DNA of 64,000 nucleotides from Coleofasciculus sp. B1-GNL1-01 (GCA_040220235.1 JAVJTO010000081.1); one strand, 5' to 3'; shown: positions 42,917 to 55,400, counted from the first letter of the stretch. The notes: generated from the sequence alone by a model not told the origin. Made by a program: numbers and translations.

Positions 42917-43828
42917 TCATTTAGAGACAACAATATCAGCTAACGCAGGTTTGACATTGGCATAGTCATAGTTAAAACCACTGCTAGTTGTCCGCTTAGG
43001 CAACACCTTTTGACCCTCTAGCACAACCTTAGCCCCCTCTCCCAGTAAGGCTTCTAGGGCAATGCTGGGAACGGGTAACCAGGAGGGACGATTCATGACA
43101 TCTCCCAAAGTCTGACAAAATTCCGACATCCGCACGGGGTTAGGTGCTGTTCCATTAAATACCCCTTCCATATCATCGCGGGTGAGTGCATTGATAATCA
43201 AGTTCACCAAATCCTCTCGGTGAATCCACGAAAACCACTGACGCCCACTACCAATTGGACCTCCAGCAAACAGTTGAAAAGGAGGTAACATTTTCGCTAG
43301 TGCGCCACCATTTCCTAAAACAATGCCAAACCGCAGGATAACCAAGCGGACTCCAGCCTCTTTTACCTTTTGCGCTTCCGCTTCCCACGCCTGACAGACT
43401 TGGGCAAGAAAATCATCTCCAGGGGGGCTGGTTTCAGTGTATGTTGCCGTTTCGCTAGTCCCGTAATAGCCAACAGCCGACGCATTCACTAAGACACTGG
43501 GTTTGGATTGCGCTTGGTTGATTGCTTCAACAATTCGCCGGGTTCCCAGTTGGCGGCTATCGAGAATTGCTTTTTTCCGTTCCGGTGTCCAGCGATTCTC
43601 ACCGATGGGTTCCCCCGCCAAATTTACCACCCCATCACACCCGGCGATCGCGTCTTGCCAAGATCCCGATTCGGTGGGCGTATAGCCGACAATCTCTAAA
43701 TCAGGAAACAGCCGAGTTGCTTTGGCTCGGTTTCGGGTTAAAATCATCGGTTGATGCTCTAACTCAAGCAGACGCTTGACTAAACGAGAACCAATAAATC
43801 CGGTTGCTCCAGTAATAGCGATTTTCAC
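42917..43828 (-). CDS. TIGR01777-family NAD-dependent epimerase-like protein
   Basis: KIAITGATGFIG, VNLAGEPI...RW, SAVGYYG and WFSWIH; GTG start at 43828. Confidence 0.9.
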   Translation of the reverse strand: MKIAITGATGFIGSRLVKRLLELEHQPMILTRNRAKATRLFPDLEIVGYTPTESGSWQDAIAGCDGVVNLAGEPIGENRWTPERKKAILDSRQLGTRRIVEAINQAQSKPSVLVNASAVGYYGTSETATYTETSPPGDDFLAQVCQAWEAEAQKVKEAGVRLVILRFGIVLGNGGALAKMLPPFQLFAGGPIGSGRQWFSWIHREDLVNLIINALTRDDMEGVFNGTAPNPVRMSEFCQTLGDVMNRPSWLPVPSIALEALLGEGAKVVLEGQKVLPKRTTSSGFNYDYANVKPALADIVVSK

Positions 43829-43835
43829 GATTAAC

Positions 43836-44225
43836 TTACTCTGCTCCCTGTGCTTGTTTTGTATCACCGTAAGCCATACCATTGGCTTCGGCATAGCGGT
43901 GCATAAAGCGCATGAAACGATCCCAGTGATCTTGGCGTTCGACTTCAAATTCGCAGTCTACCCGCTTTAAATCATCGCCTTCTGGACCACCGAATATAAA
44001 TTTAACTGACGAGGGTTCCACACTAATTTGCCCTTCTTCATCAATCAAGAGTAAGGCATTGGCGAATCGTTTGGTATAACTCTGAAATTTTTCTATCGCT
44101 TTTAAGGAATCGAAACTCATTAATACTGAACGCACACCCGAACTTCGATTGCGCCGTAAGCTAACATTGCTCAGTTCTTCAGGAAGTCCTTCAAAAAATT
44201 GAATTGATGGTGTTTGGGATGTCAT
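43836..44225 (-). CDS. psb28: Photosystem II Psb28 family protein
   Basis: IQFFEG..E, LIDEEGQI and WDRFMRFMHRYAEANG motifs. Confidence 0.92.
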   Translation of the reverse strand: MTSQTPSIQFFEGLPEELSNVSLRRNRSSGVRSVLMSFDSLKAIEKFQSYTKRFANALLLIDEEGQISVEPSSVKFIFGGPEGDDLKRVDCEFEVERQDHWDRFMRFMHRYAEANGMAYGDTKQAQGAE

Positions 44226-44284
44226 TTTTATAAGGAGAATACTATATTGTTCAGTATACAAAACTTTATGCCTCTCACCGAAGA

Positions 44285-44317
44285 GATCCCCGACTTCTTC
44301 AAGAAGTCGGGGATCTA
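44285..44317. repeat. Palindrome AGATCCCCGACTTCTTCAAGAAGTCGGGGATCT (possible secA terminator)
   Basis: 16-bp arms downstream of secA; deleted variant at about 27105-27131. Confidence 0.7.
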
Positions 44318-44341
44318 ACACTCACGAGAAATGACTCAAAA

Positions 44342-47140
44342 CTACACGGCTTGCGGTTGCACTTGCGGCTGGAATTGGAACAGGGAGTACACCACATTGC
44401 GGCGGATGTCAATCATCATTTCCAAGAAGGTTTCATAGCCTTCTTGCTTATACTCAATCAGTGGGTCTTTCTGTCCATACCCCCGTAACCCCACTGATTC
44501 GCGCAACGCATCCATCGACTGCAAATGTTCCCGCCATAGGGTATCAATTTGCTGCAAGATGAAGAATCGTTCTGCTTGTCGCATCAATCCCGGTTGAATT
44601 TGATCGATTTGGGCTTCTTTAATGTCATACGCTTTGCGGACTTCTTCATGTAAGAAGGTTTTAATCTCCGTGACTGTCATATCATCGAGATGCTCTGGCT
44701 TGAGATCTTGCAACAAATAGACAAATTCTTGTACCTTAGACACCAAGCTGCCTAAATCCCATTCTTCCGGCGGCAAATCTGGGTTGACGTAGGCGTCTAC
44801 GATATCATCCATTGTCTTCTCCGCATATTGGATGACTTGTTCTTTAAGATCTAATCCTTCTAACACCCGACGACGTTCAGCATAAATTGCCCGCCGCTGA
44901 TTATTCATCACCTCGTCATATTCAAATACCTGTTTCCGGGTGTCATAGTAGAAAGTTTCCACTTTTTTCTGCGCCCCTTCTAAGGAACGAGTCAGCATTC
45001 CGGATTCGATCGGCATATCTTCCTCAACTCGGAACGCATTCATCATCCCCGCCACGCGATCGCCCCCGAAGATTCGCAGTAAGTTATCCTCTAAGCTGAG
45101 GAAAAACTTGGTTGAACCCGGGTCACCTTGGCGTCCCGCCCGTCCCCGGAGTTGGTTATCAATCCGGCGAGATTCGTGGCGTTCGGTACCAATGACGTGC
45201 AATCCGCCGATAGGCTCGGTGTTGATTACCTCATCATGTTCTTTATGAGTAAAGGCTTCATATTCCTTTCGCACCGCCCGACAAACCTCCCGCAGCTTTT
45301 GAATCACGGGGTCATCCGTCGGGGCATTTTCCGCCGCGATCGCTATTTTTTCTTCAGCTTCTAATTCCGGTAGACTGCGTTCCCCATACTGCTGCACCGC
45401 AAACTTCACCGCCTCAATCAGCTTTTGCTCGGTTTCCGGAGACAACTGAGTCGGGTAAATCTGGGGACTTACCTTCCAAGTTTTCACTTTTTTACCGGGT
45501 GCAAACCCTTGGGCTTGGGAGCGTTTTCCGCTACCGGATGCCATAGCCGCAAAAGAATCTTCTTCTTCGGGGATGACAATCTGCGGCATGAAATATTCCC
45601 GCACTTTCAGCCGCGACATATAATCCGCATTACCCCCTAAGATAATATCGGTACCACGTCCTGCCATGTTGGTGGCAATCGTCACCGCCCCTTTGCGCCC
45701 CGCTTGTGCCACAATTTCTGATTCCCGTTCCACGTTTTCGGGTCGGGCATTGAGCAGATTATGGGGTACGTCTAATTGGCTTAACAAACGCGAAAGCACT
45801 TCTGATTTTTCCACACTGGTTGTACCCACCAATACTGGGCGTCCTTGCTCATGCATGTCCGCACATTCTCGTGCCACCGCTTTCCATTTGGCTTCCTCAG
45901 TTTTATACACCACATCCGACATATCCCGCCGTCCGGGGGGCTTATTGGTGGGGATAATCGTGACTTGTAGGTTATAGATTTTTTCAAATTCGGCTTCTTC
46001 TGTTTTGGCTGTTCCGGTCATCCCGGCTAGCTTGGGATAAAGCAAAAAGAAATTTTGATAGGTAATTGTAGCTAGGGTTTGGGTTTCTTTTTGAATCTCG
46101 ACACCTTCTTTTGCCTCAATCGCCTGGTGCAGTCCATCACTCCAACGCCGTCCCTGTAAGACCCGTCCGGTAAACTCATCGACGATGACCACTTCGTCGT
46201 TACGCACGATATAGTTTACGTCATTGGTAAACAGTTCCTTTGCCTTAATCGCGTTGAAGATATAGTGCGCCCACGGATTTTCCGGGTCATACAAATCCCC
46301 AACCTCTAGGAGTTTTTCCGCCTCGATAAAGCCTTCATCGGTGAGAATGACATTACGCGCTTTTTCATCCACCTCGTAATGCTCTTCCGGCTGAAGCATT
46401 TTAGCGATTTGAGCCGCTTTCATATAGTTCTGGGTGGGGCGTTCCACCTGTCCGGAAATAATCAGGGGGGTGCGGGCTTCGTCAATGAGTACGGAGTCTA
46501 CTTCGTCAATGATGCAGTAATTGAAGGGACGCTGCACCACCTCATTCATTGAGGTTGCCATATTGTCCCGCAGGTAGTCAAAGCCCAACTCGCTGTTCGT
46601 GGCGTAGGTAATATCACAGGCATAGTTGCGCTGTCGTTCCGCAGGACCCATCCCTGACTGAATCAGTCCTACCGTTAATCCTAAGAAGCGGTGTACCTGT
46701 CCCATCCATTCCGCGTCCCGGCGTGCCAGGTAATCGTTGACGGTAACAATATGTACCCCTTTGCCACTTAGAGCGTTGAGATAAGCTGGGAGGGTGGATA
46801 CAAGGGTTTTTCCCTCACCCGTTTTCATCTCCGCGATTTCTCCTCGGTGCAGCACCACGCCACCTAATAGCTGCACATCAAAATGGCGCATTCCCAAAAC
46901 CCGCCATGCAGCTTCCCGCACTACGGCGAAGGCTTCGGGTAGGAGATCCTCTAACAGTTCTTCTCGCTCGCGATCGGTTGTCGCTTTTTCAAGCTGCTGC
47001 TTGAATTCTGCGGTTTTCCCTTGGAGTTGCTCATCGGAGAGCGATCGGATATCTTCTTCCAGAACGTTGATATCGGCAACGAACGGTTGGTATCTTTTAA
47101 GTTTGCGGGTGTTTGGATCGCCAAGTAAGTTTTTTAACAT
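44342..47140 (-). CDS. secA: Preprotein translocase SecA
   Basis: [27 protein letters not shown] and [20 protein letters not shown] motifs. Confidence 0.98.
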   Translation of the reverse strand: MLKNLLGDPNTRKLKRYQPFVADINVLEEDIRSLSDEQLQGKTAEFKQQLEKATTDREREELLEDLLPEAFAVVREAAWRVLGMRHFDVQLLGGVVLHRGEIAEMKTGEGKTLVSTLPAYLNALSGKGVHIVTVNDYLARRDAEWMGQVHRFLGLTVGLIQSGMGPAERQRNYACDITYATNSELGFDYLRDNMATSMNEVVQRPFNYCIIDEVDSVLIDEARTPLIISGQVERPTQNYMKAAQIAKMLQPEEHYEVDEKARNVILTDEGFIEAEKLLEVGDLYDPENPWAHYIFNAIKAKELFTNDVNYIVRNDEVVIVDEFTGRVLQGRRWSDGLHQAIEAKEGVEIQKETQTLATITYQNFFLLYPKLAGMTGTAKTEEAEFEKIYNLQVTIIPTNKPPGRRDMSDVVYKTEEAKWKAVARECADMHEQGRPVLVGTTSVEKSEVLSRLLSQLDVPHNLLNARPENVERESEIVAQAGRKGAVTIATNMAGRGTDIILGGNADYMSRLKVREYFMPQIVIPEEEDSFAAMASGSGKRSQAQGFAPGKKVKTWKVSPQIYPTQLSPETEQKLIEAVKFAVQQYGERSLPELEAEEKIAIAAENAPTDDPVIQKLREVCRAVRKEYEAFTHKEHDEVINTEPIGGLHVIGTERHESRRIDNQLRGRAGRQGDPGSTKFFLSLEDNLLRIFGGDRVAGMMNAFRVEEDMPIESGMLTRSLEGAQKKVETFYYDTRKQVFEYDEVMNNQRRAIYAERRRVLEGLDLKEQVIQYAEKTMDDIVDAYVNPDLPPEEWDLGSLVSKVQEFVYLLQDLKPEHLDDMTVTEIKTFLHEEVRKAYDIKEAQIDQIQPGLMRQAERFFILQQIDTLWREHLQSMDALRESVGLRGYGQKDPLIEYKQEGYETFLEMMIDIRRNVVYSLFQFQPQVQPQAV

Positions 47141-47350
47141 AGCAGGAGAGGGATACGTCTAATCGCGCTTTGTCTAGGGTTAAGGTTAGACACTCAAGAC
47201 TAAGGGCATGAATAGGGGAGTCAGCGTTCACAGGCAATCTTGCACGAGTCCTAGTGGCTAACGGCTAACCCATGATAAACCACCGCTTAGGGCGGCATTT
47301 TTATGATCATCCTACCATTTTTACTCAGATTGAGGGGCGCTTCGTCCTTC

Positions 47351-48298
47351 CTACTGGCGATCCTCCAACCAACTGGCTAAATCGGGTAAACTTTGAAAAT
47401 CGAAAATTTCTTCAGTTAACCGTTCCAAATCGCTCAACGGTAATTCTTCAATTTTGCGGCTGATTGCCAAGGGAATTTCGCCAAAACGCTTCAGAATTAG
47501 ACGCGCTACTAGAGTTTTGCTCTGTTGTAGTCGCCCTTCTTCCCTACCTTCTTGTCTACCTTCTTCTTTGCCTTCTTTTTTTCCTTTTTCTTCAGCATAA
47601 GCAAGCCGCCCTTTTTCATCTTGCAACATCATGCCTCGCCGATCAACCACCTCCAATTCTTCTACCGTCATTGTGGCTTGGTTAGCAAGGTTTAAAGCAA
47701 GTTCTATCTCTGAAACTTCCCCTAAATTATCAGGGACACTCTCCAAACTCGCTGCTTCTTTCAGGAAATAAATCCATTTATCGGTTAAACTCTGTAGTTC
47801 AGACAAGGTTTTATTGAATTTGGGAAGTTCGACAAAGATGAGCTGTAATTCACCATCGAGAAGCTCAAATTTTTGGGTTTTCTCTTGAAAGACAAATTGA
47901 TTAATTACCTGCTCTGTGTTGGCAAACAAGATAAAATCAGTAATTGTTACGGCAATTGCTGGATTCAGGAAAGGATAATCATCGCCTGTTTTTAACTGGT
48001 TACTATAGGCTTTTGCCAAGTTATAAGCTACCCGCTTGTTAAAGGCAGTCATTGGCGCTATTTGCATTTCAATGACTACAATAGACCCATCCGCTAAAAC
48101 AGCTTTTACATCTAAATACGTTTCTTTTAAGGTCATCACCTGACCCGGATTATAGGGATTAACAATTGTTAGAGATTGAATGATTTTTTCTTCGTTATAA
48201 ATTATTGCATTGAGAAAACTGATTAAAATCTCTTGGCTTTGTTCGGAACCAAATATTTTTTTAAAGGCATAATCGATCTTGGGACTAATAAACCTCAT
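47351..48298 (-). CDS. Rpn family recombination-promoting nuclease with DUF4351-like tail
   Basis: IDYAFKKIFG, LDVKA...IEMQ, FVELPKF, WIYFLK, EGREEG repeats, KRFGE. Confidence 0.9.
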   Translation of the reverse strand: MRFISPKIDYAFKKIFGSEQSQEILISFLNAIIYNEEKIIQSLTIVNPYNPGQVMTLKETYLDVKAVLADGSIVVIEMQIAPMTAFNKRVAYNLAKAYSNQLKTGDDYPFLNPAIAVTITDFILFANTEQVINQFVFQEKTQKFELLDGELQLIFVELPKFNKTLSELQSLTDKWIYFLKEAASLESVPDNLGEVSEIELALNLANQATMTVEELEVVDRRGMMLQDEKGRLAYAEEKGKKEGKEEGRQEGREEGRLQQSKTLVARLILKRFGEIPLAISRKIEELPLSDLERLTEEIFDFQSLPDLASWLEDRQ

Positions 48299-48407
48299 TT
48301 TAGGTCTCCCGTTTCAGTATAAATAGATGGAATAGAGTCCGATCCTAGCACAGCGATCGCCCCGTCTTCTATTTACTAAAAAGTGATAATTTTGTTGAGG
48401 TGATACA

Positions 48408-48899
48408 TCAAACAATTTCCAACTCTAAATTGTGACTTTTCAGGAAATTATGAGTAAAGTGGTCAACCTCATTTGTGTCACTCAGTTCCAAATTATAGAA
48501 ATCGACAACATCATGTTCAAAATAGGGACCGGCGTGCCAAGTTCCTAGTCCTAACTTGATGAAACAGTTTCCGGGAATTCGAAAAACTTTAATTTCATCA
48601 ATTGCAGGTTGGTTCTGTTCACAAGCAGGTGCAACCGCCATCCACCAGTCTTTCCCTTCCAGAGAACCCAAACATTGGGTACAGTGCTGATGGCGCGTGA
48701 TTTTGTGAAATTTGCGACCTCTGTGATACAAGCGCATGATGTAAAAGCGGGGAGTACCGTTGTGCAGAACTAATTGTGCATCTTTTGCATCATAGGGTTT
48801 ATCATCGGCTGTCGGCGTGATTAATTGACCGAAGGGTTGAAAGCGTTCGGCGCTAATTTCTTCTACTGAAAGCTGTTTCACTGAAATGGTGCGATTCAT
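48408..48899 (-). CDS. Ureidoglycolate lyase-like protein
   Basis: FQPFGQLI, ITRH..CTQCLG and GTWHAGP motifs. Confidence 0.8.
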   Translation of the reverse strand: MNRTISVKQLSVEEISAERFQPFGQLITPTADDKPYDAKDAQLVLHNGTPRFYIMRLYHRGRKFHKITRHQHCTQCLGSLEGKDWWMAVAPACEQNQPAIDEIKVFRIPGNCFIKLGLGTWHAGPYFEHDVVDFYNLELSDTNEVDHFTHNFLKSHNLELEIV

Positions 48900-48933
48900 G
48901 ACAGATATCGATAGTGCAACACAAAGCTTACTG

Positions 48934-49569
48934 CTATTTTGTCCCAAACAGGCGATCGCCTGCATCCCCAAGTCCGGGCAAAATATAACCATGCTCGTCT
49001 AAGCTTTCATCAATCGCGGCGGTATACAGAGGGACTTCCGGATGATGATCATGGAAATTGGCGATTCCCTCCGGTGCAGCTAGCAAGCACAAAAACTTGA
49101 TGGACAAGGGAATAAAATCCTTCACCCGATCCACGGCGGCTACGGCTGTATTCCCTGTAGCCACCATGGGATCAACAACCAAGATGTCTCGGTGTTCAAT
49201 ATCATGAGGCAGTTTGCAATAATATTCAATCGGAATCCGAGTCGTTGGATCGCGATACAAGCCAATATGCCCTAAGCGGGCGGAAGGGATCAGTTCTAAG
49301 ATTCCATCAACCAGCCCTTGTCCTGCCCGCATAATCGAAACAATCACCATTTTCTTATCTGAAGCCAGCATGGGAGCGTGCATGGGAGTCAGGGGTGTTT
49401 TAATCGCTGCGTATTTAAGCGGTAAGTCCCGCGTTACCTCGTAAGCCAGTAAGCCGCCAACTTCTTTCATCAGTTGACGAAATTTAGCCGTACTGGTGTC
49501 TGCCTGACGCATAAGGGTTAGCTTGTGCTGTACGAATGGGTGATCGATTACTGTAACTTGAGGGATCAT
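48934..49569 (-). CDS. upp: Uracil phosphoribosyltransferase
   Basis: [29 protein letters not shown] and [17 protein letters not shown] motifs. Confidence 0.96.
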   Translation of the reverse strand: MIPQVTVIDHPFVQHKLTLMRQADTSTAKFRQLMKEVGGLLAYEVTRDLPLKYAAIKTPLTPMHAPMLASDKKMVIVSIMRAGQGLVDGILELIPSARLGHIGLYRDPTTRIPIEYYCKLPHDIEHRDILVVDPMVATGNTAVAAVDRVKDFIPLSIKFLCLLAAPEGIANFHDHHPEVPLYTAAIDESLDEHGYILPGLGDAGDRLFGTK

Positions 49570-49949
49570 CTGTTAATAGTAGACAGCTTTTTATCTGTAT
49601 AAAAGTTAATCTTCCTGAGAGTATACCACTCCTGTTGCCAAATCACAGCAAAGAAAGTAACATAACCTAAAATACAGTTGCAAAATGGATTTAAGTCATT
49701 TTTGCAACTGCCAAAATAAAAACAATATAACAGTGAGACTATTAGCCTATTTTAGAATAGCAAAGTCAATGGGTAACGTCATAGTTGGTGAGCAATGAAC
49801 TCAAACTCTTATCCAGTCATCTAAAGACGACTGGATCTTGGGAGTCCTGGGATTTTAACCCAAAGCTATTGGAGAGACTGATGCAAGATGCGAGTTATAT
49901 CGCACTACGCACTAAGGTTAGGACATAAAAGAAAAATTAAAATCGCTCA

Positions 49950-50122
49950 ACACCGAGCGAAGCCGAGGTGTTAACCCTGAGCGACTTGTACCGAGCGTGT
50001 TACTGAGCGTGTTACCGAGCGAAGCCGAGGTAAGCCGAAGTAAGTCGAGGTAAGTCGAAGGGTCAATCCCTTGTAAGGTAAGCTTTTTTCTTCACTATTG
50101 CCTATTGCCTATTGCCTATTCC
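49950..50122. repeat. CCGAGCGAAGCCGAGG-type short repeats and CTATTGC heptamers
   Basis: Visible degenerate tandem copies. Confidence 0.7.
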
Positions 50123-50135
50123 CTGGCGCGTAGCG

Positions 50136-50561
50136 CTATACTTTTGATGCAGAAGAGGGAGAAGGGATCTCCGTTAACACTCGCTTCACCATGCTGATAA
50201 ACTCCTCCAATACATAAGGTTTTGTTACATAAAGATTCGCTCCTAGACGTATACCACGTTCAATATCTCTGGGTTCAGATTTTGCTGTCAAAAAAATAAA
50301 CGGAGTTTGGCGACCAAAACGGCGCAGTTGTGATAAGACGGTATACCCATCAAATCCGGGCATATTAATGTCGCAAATAATTAATTCTGGATTCAGACAT
50401 AAGCTGAAATTGATGCCACTTGATCCGTTATCTGTGGCAATGACATCATAGCCATTGGCGGGATTATATCCTTCCATTGCTAAAATTTCAGATAAATTAT
50501 CCCGTAGGCTTATGTCATCTTCAATGATTAGAATTCTTCGCATTGTCTCGCCTATTTCCAT
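50136..50561 (-). CDS. Single-domain response regulator (receiver only)
   Basis: ILIIEDD, ICDINMPGFDG, FLTAK and YVTKPY motifs. Confidence 0.88.
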   Translation of the reverse strand: MEIGETMRRILIIEDDISLRDNLSEILAMEGYNPANGYDVIATDNGSSGINFSLCLNPELIICDINMPGFDGYTVLSQLRRFGRQTPFIFLTAKSEPRDIERGIRLGANLYVTKPYVLEEFISMVKRVLTEIPSPSSASKV

Positions 50562-50961
50562 ACTGGCATTTGAGTTGGATTGAATTAGGTTATCTTTCTT
50601 TATTGTTCCCTAACAATTGAGAGTTTACATCCGTGAATTCTCTGGTTTTTTCAAGCTTTCGGGAAAACTAGACCTTGCTTATCGTTGGGGAACTCTCTCC
50701 TAGAATTTACCGATCGCTATCCTTATAAAGATTTGCAAACAAAACTTGACGCCAGCGAGTTGATCAGTGAAACTACAGACAAGAGCGTAATACAGTGTAA
50801 ACAGCCGTATTACGTAAGTTGTGGTTAACTCCAAAGGCTGATTTATCCTCCAATGAGCCGGAAGCTGGGATGGAACAGCACGTCTTGCCCAGAAATACTG
50901 TCCCCATCCAAGCAACCCGCGAGATGGACGGATTGAGCCTATTGATGAAGGATAACCTCTG

Positions 50962-51903
50962 CTATACCGTTTGCACCTCCTCAATCATTTCTAGTGTGTC
51001 TCCCTTTTGGTGTCCGGTATGGTAAGCAGCAAGGAGAATTTGGCTGGTTTTTCCGCAGGCGATCGCCCCCCTAGCGTCAATGGCGATCGCACCTAAATCC
51101 CGCTGATTCTCCTTTGCTTCTTTTATGGAACGTTCCATGGCTTCGGCTAAGGATAAGCCGTCGGTGACACGCACCACCACCCGTGCAGCGAAGCATTCAT
51201 CAATAATATCTTCCCCAATTCCGGTACAGCTTACCCCAGCGTTTAGGTTAGCGTAATTCCCCGCAGGCATGGCTGAGTCGCTGACTCGACCAATGCGTTC
51301 AAATCCCTTCCCTCCGGTGGATGTACCCGCCGCCAAGCCGCCCTGACTATCTAATGCCACAACTCCAATTGTGCCACGTCCGGCTTCCGAAGAAAGGAGT
51401 TCGGGTTCGCTAACCACATCCGCCATCGTCCGTTCAAAGTTGTCCTGTCTATCCTGTAACCATTCCTGTAATCGCTTCTCAGTCAACGGGTTGTAAATCG
51501 GTGCATTCACTTCCCGCACCAATTCCGCCGCCCCAAAATCCGAGAGAATGCGATCGGGACAATCTTGCAAAATCTTCGCCAAATCGATGGGATTTTTAAC
51601 CCGCGAGACATTAATCACACCGCTAAAGCGTTGAGGTTTACCATCCATCAGTGACGCACTCATGCGAATCTGTCCATCGGATTGTAATACCGAACCCGTT
51701 CCGGCATTATAGCGAGGTTCGTCTTCTAGGAGTTGACAGCCTCGAATCACCGCTTCACGGGCGTTTACACCCGATGATAACAGGGCATAGACATCATCAA
51801 GTATTGTATAAAGCGAATCGCGCACCGCTTGGGTGGCGTCTTTGGTTTTCAGGGCGCTTCCGGCACCACCATGAATAATTAATTTGGGTTGCATTGAATT
51901 CAC
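50962..51903 (-). CDS. iaaA: Isoaspartyl peptidase / L-asparaginase (Ntn hydrolase)
   Basis: IIHGGAG, NAGTGS, G|TIGVVALD, STGG, GRVSDS and SCTGIGE motifs. Confidence 0.92.
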   Translation of the reverse strand: MNSMQPKLIIHGGAGSALKTKDATQAVRDSLYTILDDVYALLSSGVNAREAVIRGCQLLEDEPRYNAGTGSVLQSDGQIRMSASLMDGKPQRFSGVINVSRVKNPIDLAKILQDCPDRILSDFGAAELVREVNAPIYNPLTEKRLQEWLQDRQDNFERTMADVVSEPELLSSEAGRGTIGVVALDSQGGLAAGTSTGGKGFERIGRVSDSAMPAGNYANLNAGVSCTGIGEDIIDECFAARVVVRVTDGLSLAEAMERSIKEAKENQRDLGAIAIDARGAIACGKTSQILLAAYHTGHQKGDTLEMIEEVQTV

Positions 51904-51917
51904 GAACTCCTTTACAG

Positions 51918-52070
51918 TTAACAGGCTTGGGATTTGCGTCGGCGGCAGCGTTCTGAGCAGAACTTTACATTATCCCAGCATTTCGCCCATTTTTTGCGCC
52001 AAGTGAAAGGACGTTCGCAGACGGGGCAGATTTTGGTCGGTAGATCTGACTTAGAGCGTACTCGTGCCAT
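51918..52070 (-). CDS. DUF2256-family small protein (50 aa, below the ORF-track cutoff)
   Basis: [50 protein letters not shown]. Confidence 0.88.
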   Translation of the reverse strand: MARVRSKSDLPTKICPVCERPFTWRKKWAKCWDNVKFCSERCRRRKSQAC

Positions 52071-52142
52071 GTTACGTGAAGGAGTAGTTAACTCTTCAAT
52101 CGTAAAAAACGGTTAATTCTCTTGTCAAAGTAAACCGCCATC

Positions 52143-52440
52143 GTGGGTTAGGCGGAACTTGATTTGGGAAAATATCATTTAATGGACTATCCGCCGTAAC
52201 CCACCAATAATTAATTTCCCAAGACACCGTAGGGTGGGTTAGGTGGAACTTAATTCGGGAAAATATCATTTAATAGACTATCCACCGTAACCCACCAAAG
52301 CATTGAATAACGGTGCGTTAGCAAAGCGTAACGCACCCTACAATTGAGTGGGATTGAAAATGATGCCAAATAACCTGTAGGGGCGACCCGCCTGCATTAA
52401 TTAACAACTCCAATCCCTTCAATAAAATCGGGTCGCCCTC
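52143..52440. repeat. Cluster of GTAG REP-like doublets (two near-identical GTGGGTTA...TAACCCACC units plus GGTGCGTTA and GGGCGACCCG types)
   Basis: Visible inverted arms and near-identical spacers. Confidence 0.75.
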
Positions 52441-52458
52441 AAACTTTGATGCCAGACG

Positions 52459-55400
52459 TTAGGCAACAGTTAAATCAACCTGGAAGGTGAAATCATTAAA
52501 ATCTTCGTCACCACCTCCATACAAATCTTCAAAGCCAAAGGTGTTATCACCCAAGAGGCGAATGTGGTCAACCCCATCAGGATTCGCACCTAAATGGGCA
52601 AAGTAGGCAATGGGTTCTCCATAACCCAGGTACTGATTGTTAGAATTCTCGGCAAGCCATTCCTCCGTGGTGCCATTGGCGATAATGTAAGGCGCCAGCA
52701 GACTTCCTCCCTCTAATTGGGTGTCAAACGTCGCCATCCCCCGATTTACATCACTAACCACCGATTGAGCAAGGGCGGCTTGGGCATAACCTTCGTCTTC
52801 TGGGTAAATCAGTTGACCCGTCATTGGATCTTCAACTGCTCCCTCTTCATTTTCAATCACATACAAGCCGACGGAATTATCGAAACCAGCATGACTCTTG
52901 ATCTCGATAAAATTCGCGTCTACCGGACTGCTTTGTCCACGTAAATCAATGAGTTCTCGTTCTCCTTGTAATTGAGTTCCTAACGCAGGTAATTCGTTCG
53001 TCGATTCAACCATTAGAGTCAGAGTATCGTTACCTTCTGCCATTGGGTTTTGCCAATTGAGAGTAAACTGATTGTTCTCTCCATTCAATACCTCAAAATA
53101 ATCCGTATTGTTGGCATTAGCGCTGGGAAGACTAAACCAGACATTACTTGGCGTTTGTCCTGAATCTAATGCGGCTTGGACATTATCCGTTGTGCTGTTT
53201 TGCACCAGATAAAATCCCAGATTGGAAGTCGTCTCACCGAAAACTTGCTCCACATCCAAAATCCGAGTTAGGTTATCGCCAGCAAAATTATTGGGCAAAC
53301 TGGAGAACAGAACGTTCCCTTCATCCAAAGCGGCTTGCAGATAACCAGTTTCTCCGGGTTTAATCCCATTAATCTTCCCAGCCGCATTATCCACTTCAAA
53401 AATGCCAACTTCACTGACAAAGGATGAGTTATTACCCGTAAGCGTGAACAGGAGTTTATCGGCTGGAGATTTGCCATTGAGAAACAACAGATCATTTTTG
53501 AAGTTGAGTTTAGGTTTGGCATTGCCATTATTCCTTGTTCCCCGATTGACCGTTAAGTCAAAGTCATCACTGATTTCCCCGCCATTACCATCATTAACGG
53601 TGAGAGTAATCGAGTTAGTACCGATGGCTTTGTTGCGGGGAGTACCACTAATTACACCCGTTTCCGGATTCAGGTTTAATCCTTTGGGTAAACCCGTAGC
53701 CGAGAAGGTGAGAGTGTCGCCATCAGGATCAGTGAAATAGTCACTGATGTCTAGACTGTAAACTTCTTTGGTCTGAGCCGTTTGGTCAGCGATAGGAGAG
53801 ACTAAGGTAGGGTCATTGTTAACTACAGGTGCAGGAGTAATATCTAACTCAAACTCATCAGTTTTTGTACCCCCTTGCCCATCTGATGCTGTGACAAAAA
53901 TATTCAGTGTTTCATCTCCACTGTCTGGTGTACCGCTAAATGTACCAGCTTGTGAGTCAAAGGTTAACCAGGAAGGAAGATCATTTCCATCTGCTAATGT
54001 GGCGCTGTAGGTTAAATTATCGCCATCCGCATCATTAAAGTTATTGGTGATATCCAAACTGAAGGAGTCTTCTGCCTCAACCGTTTGGTCAGCAATAGGC
54101 GAGACTAAAGTGGGGTCATTGTTGACTACAGGTGCAGGAGTGATATCTAACTCAAACTCATCGGTTTGTGTACCTCCTTGTCCATCTGATGCTGTGACCA
54201 AGATATTTACTGTTTCATCACCTGTGTCTGGTGTACCGCTGAATGTGCCAGTTTGTGAGTCAAAGGTTAACCAGGAAGGAAGGTCATTTCCATCTGCTAA
54301 TGTGGCGCTGTAGGTTAAATTATCGCCATCAGCATCAGTAAAGTTATTGGTGATATCCAAACTGAAGGAGTCTTCTGCCTCAACCGTTTGGTCAGCGATG
54401 GGAGAAACTAAGGTGGGGTCATTGTTCACTACAGGTGCGGGAGTGATATCTAACTCAAACCCATCAGTTTTTGTACCCCCTTGTCCATCTGAAGCTGTGA
54501 CCAAAATATTTAGTTGAGTTTCATCACCTGTGTCTGGTGTACCGCTGAATCTACCTGTCTGTGAGTCAAAGGTTAACCAGGAAGGCAGAGTATTTCCATC
54601 TTCTAAAGTGGCGCTGTAGGTTAAATTATCGCCATCAGCATCACTAAAGTTATTGGTGATATCCAAACTGAAAGAGTCTTCTACCTCAACCGTTTGGTCA
54701 GCAATAGCGGTGACTAATAGCGGGTCATTATTCGTCACCTCACCGCCACCAATTAAGCCGGAATCTTCAAAGAAAGCCCCTGCTGTTACCTCAGGATTTC
54801 CCACAGTATGCGTCGGAACCGGACCCCCGTTATCCTGCAATGGACTCAATTGGGCATCGATTATTCTAATTGTGGCAGTCGCATTGTAATCGTTCCAGTT
54901 ATTGGTAGCTTTCGGTGGATATTGGACATTCCCACCCTTGTCAGTTAATTCCTTATTCGTGTGTTGCTGAATCCCCCAATCATTTGTGCCATTATCGGCT
55001 GTATTCTCGTAAAAGATGGTATTCTTGACGCTGACATCGGCATTCTTGCTAGCCGATACTCCACCACCAACCCAGCTCGCGTTATTGTAAGCAATAGTCG
55101 AGTCAATAATTTCCGTGGGACTGTACAATGTCATTCCACCGCCGACACTTCCTGATGTATCGCCTGTGGTTTGATTACCCGAAAACGTGCTGTTAATTAT
55201 TTTCGTTGGGGCATCATACGTCCATAAACCACCACCCTGATTGGCTGCTGTATTATTGGCAAAAGTTGTGTCACGAACAACTAATCCTTTGTTGAGTCCA
55301 TTGCTGAGTTGGACAACGGCACCTCCGTTCCCTTTATTTCCGCCATTGGGGAGTGCTAAAACTTCGTTATTTTCAAAGAGACTGCCTTCAATAATTACAT

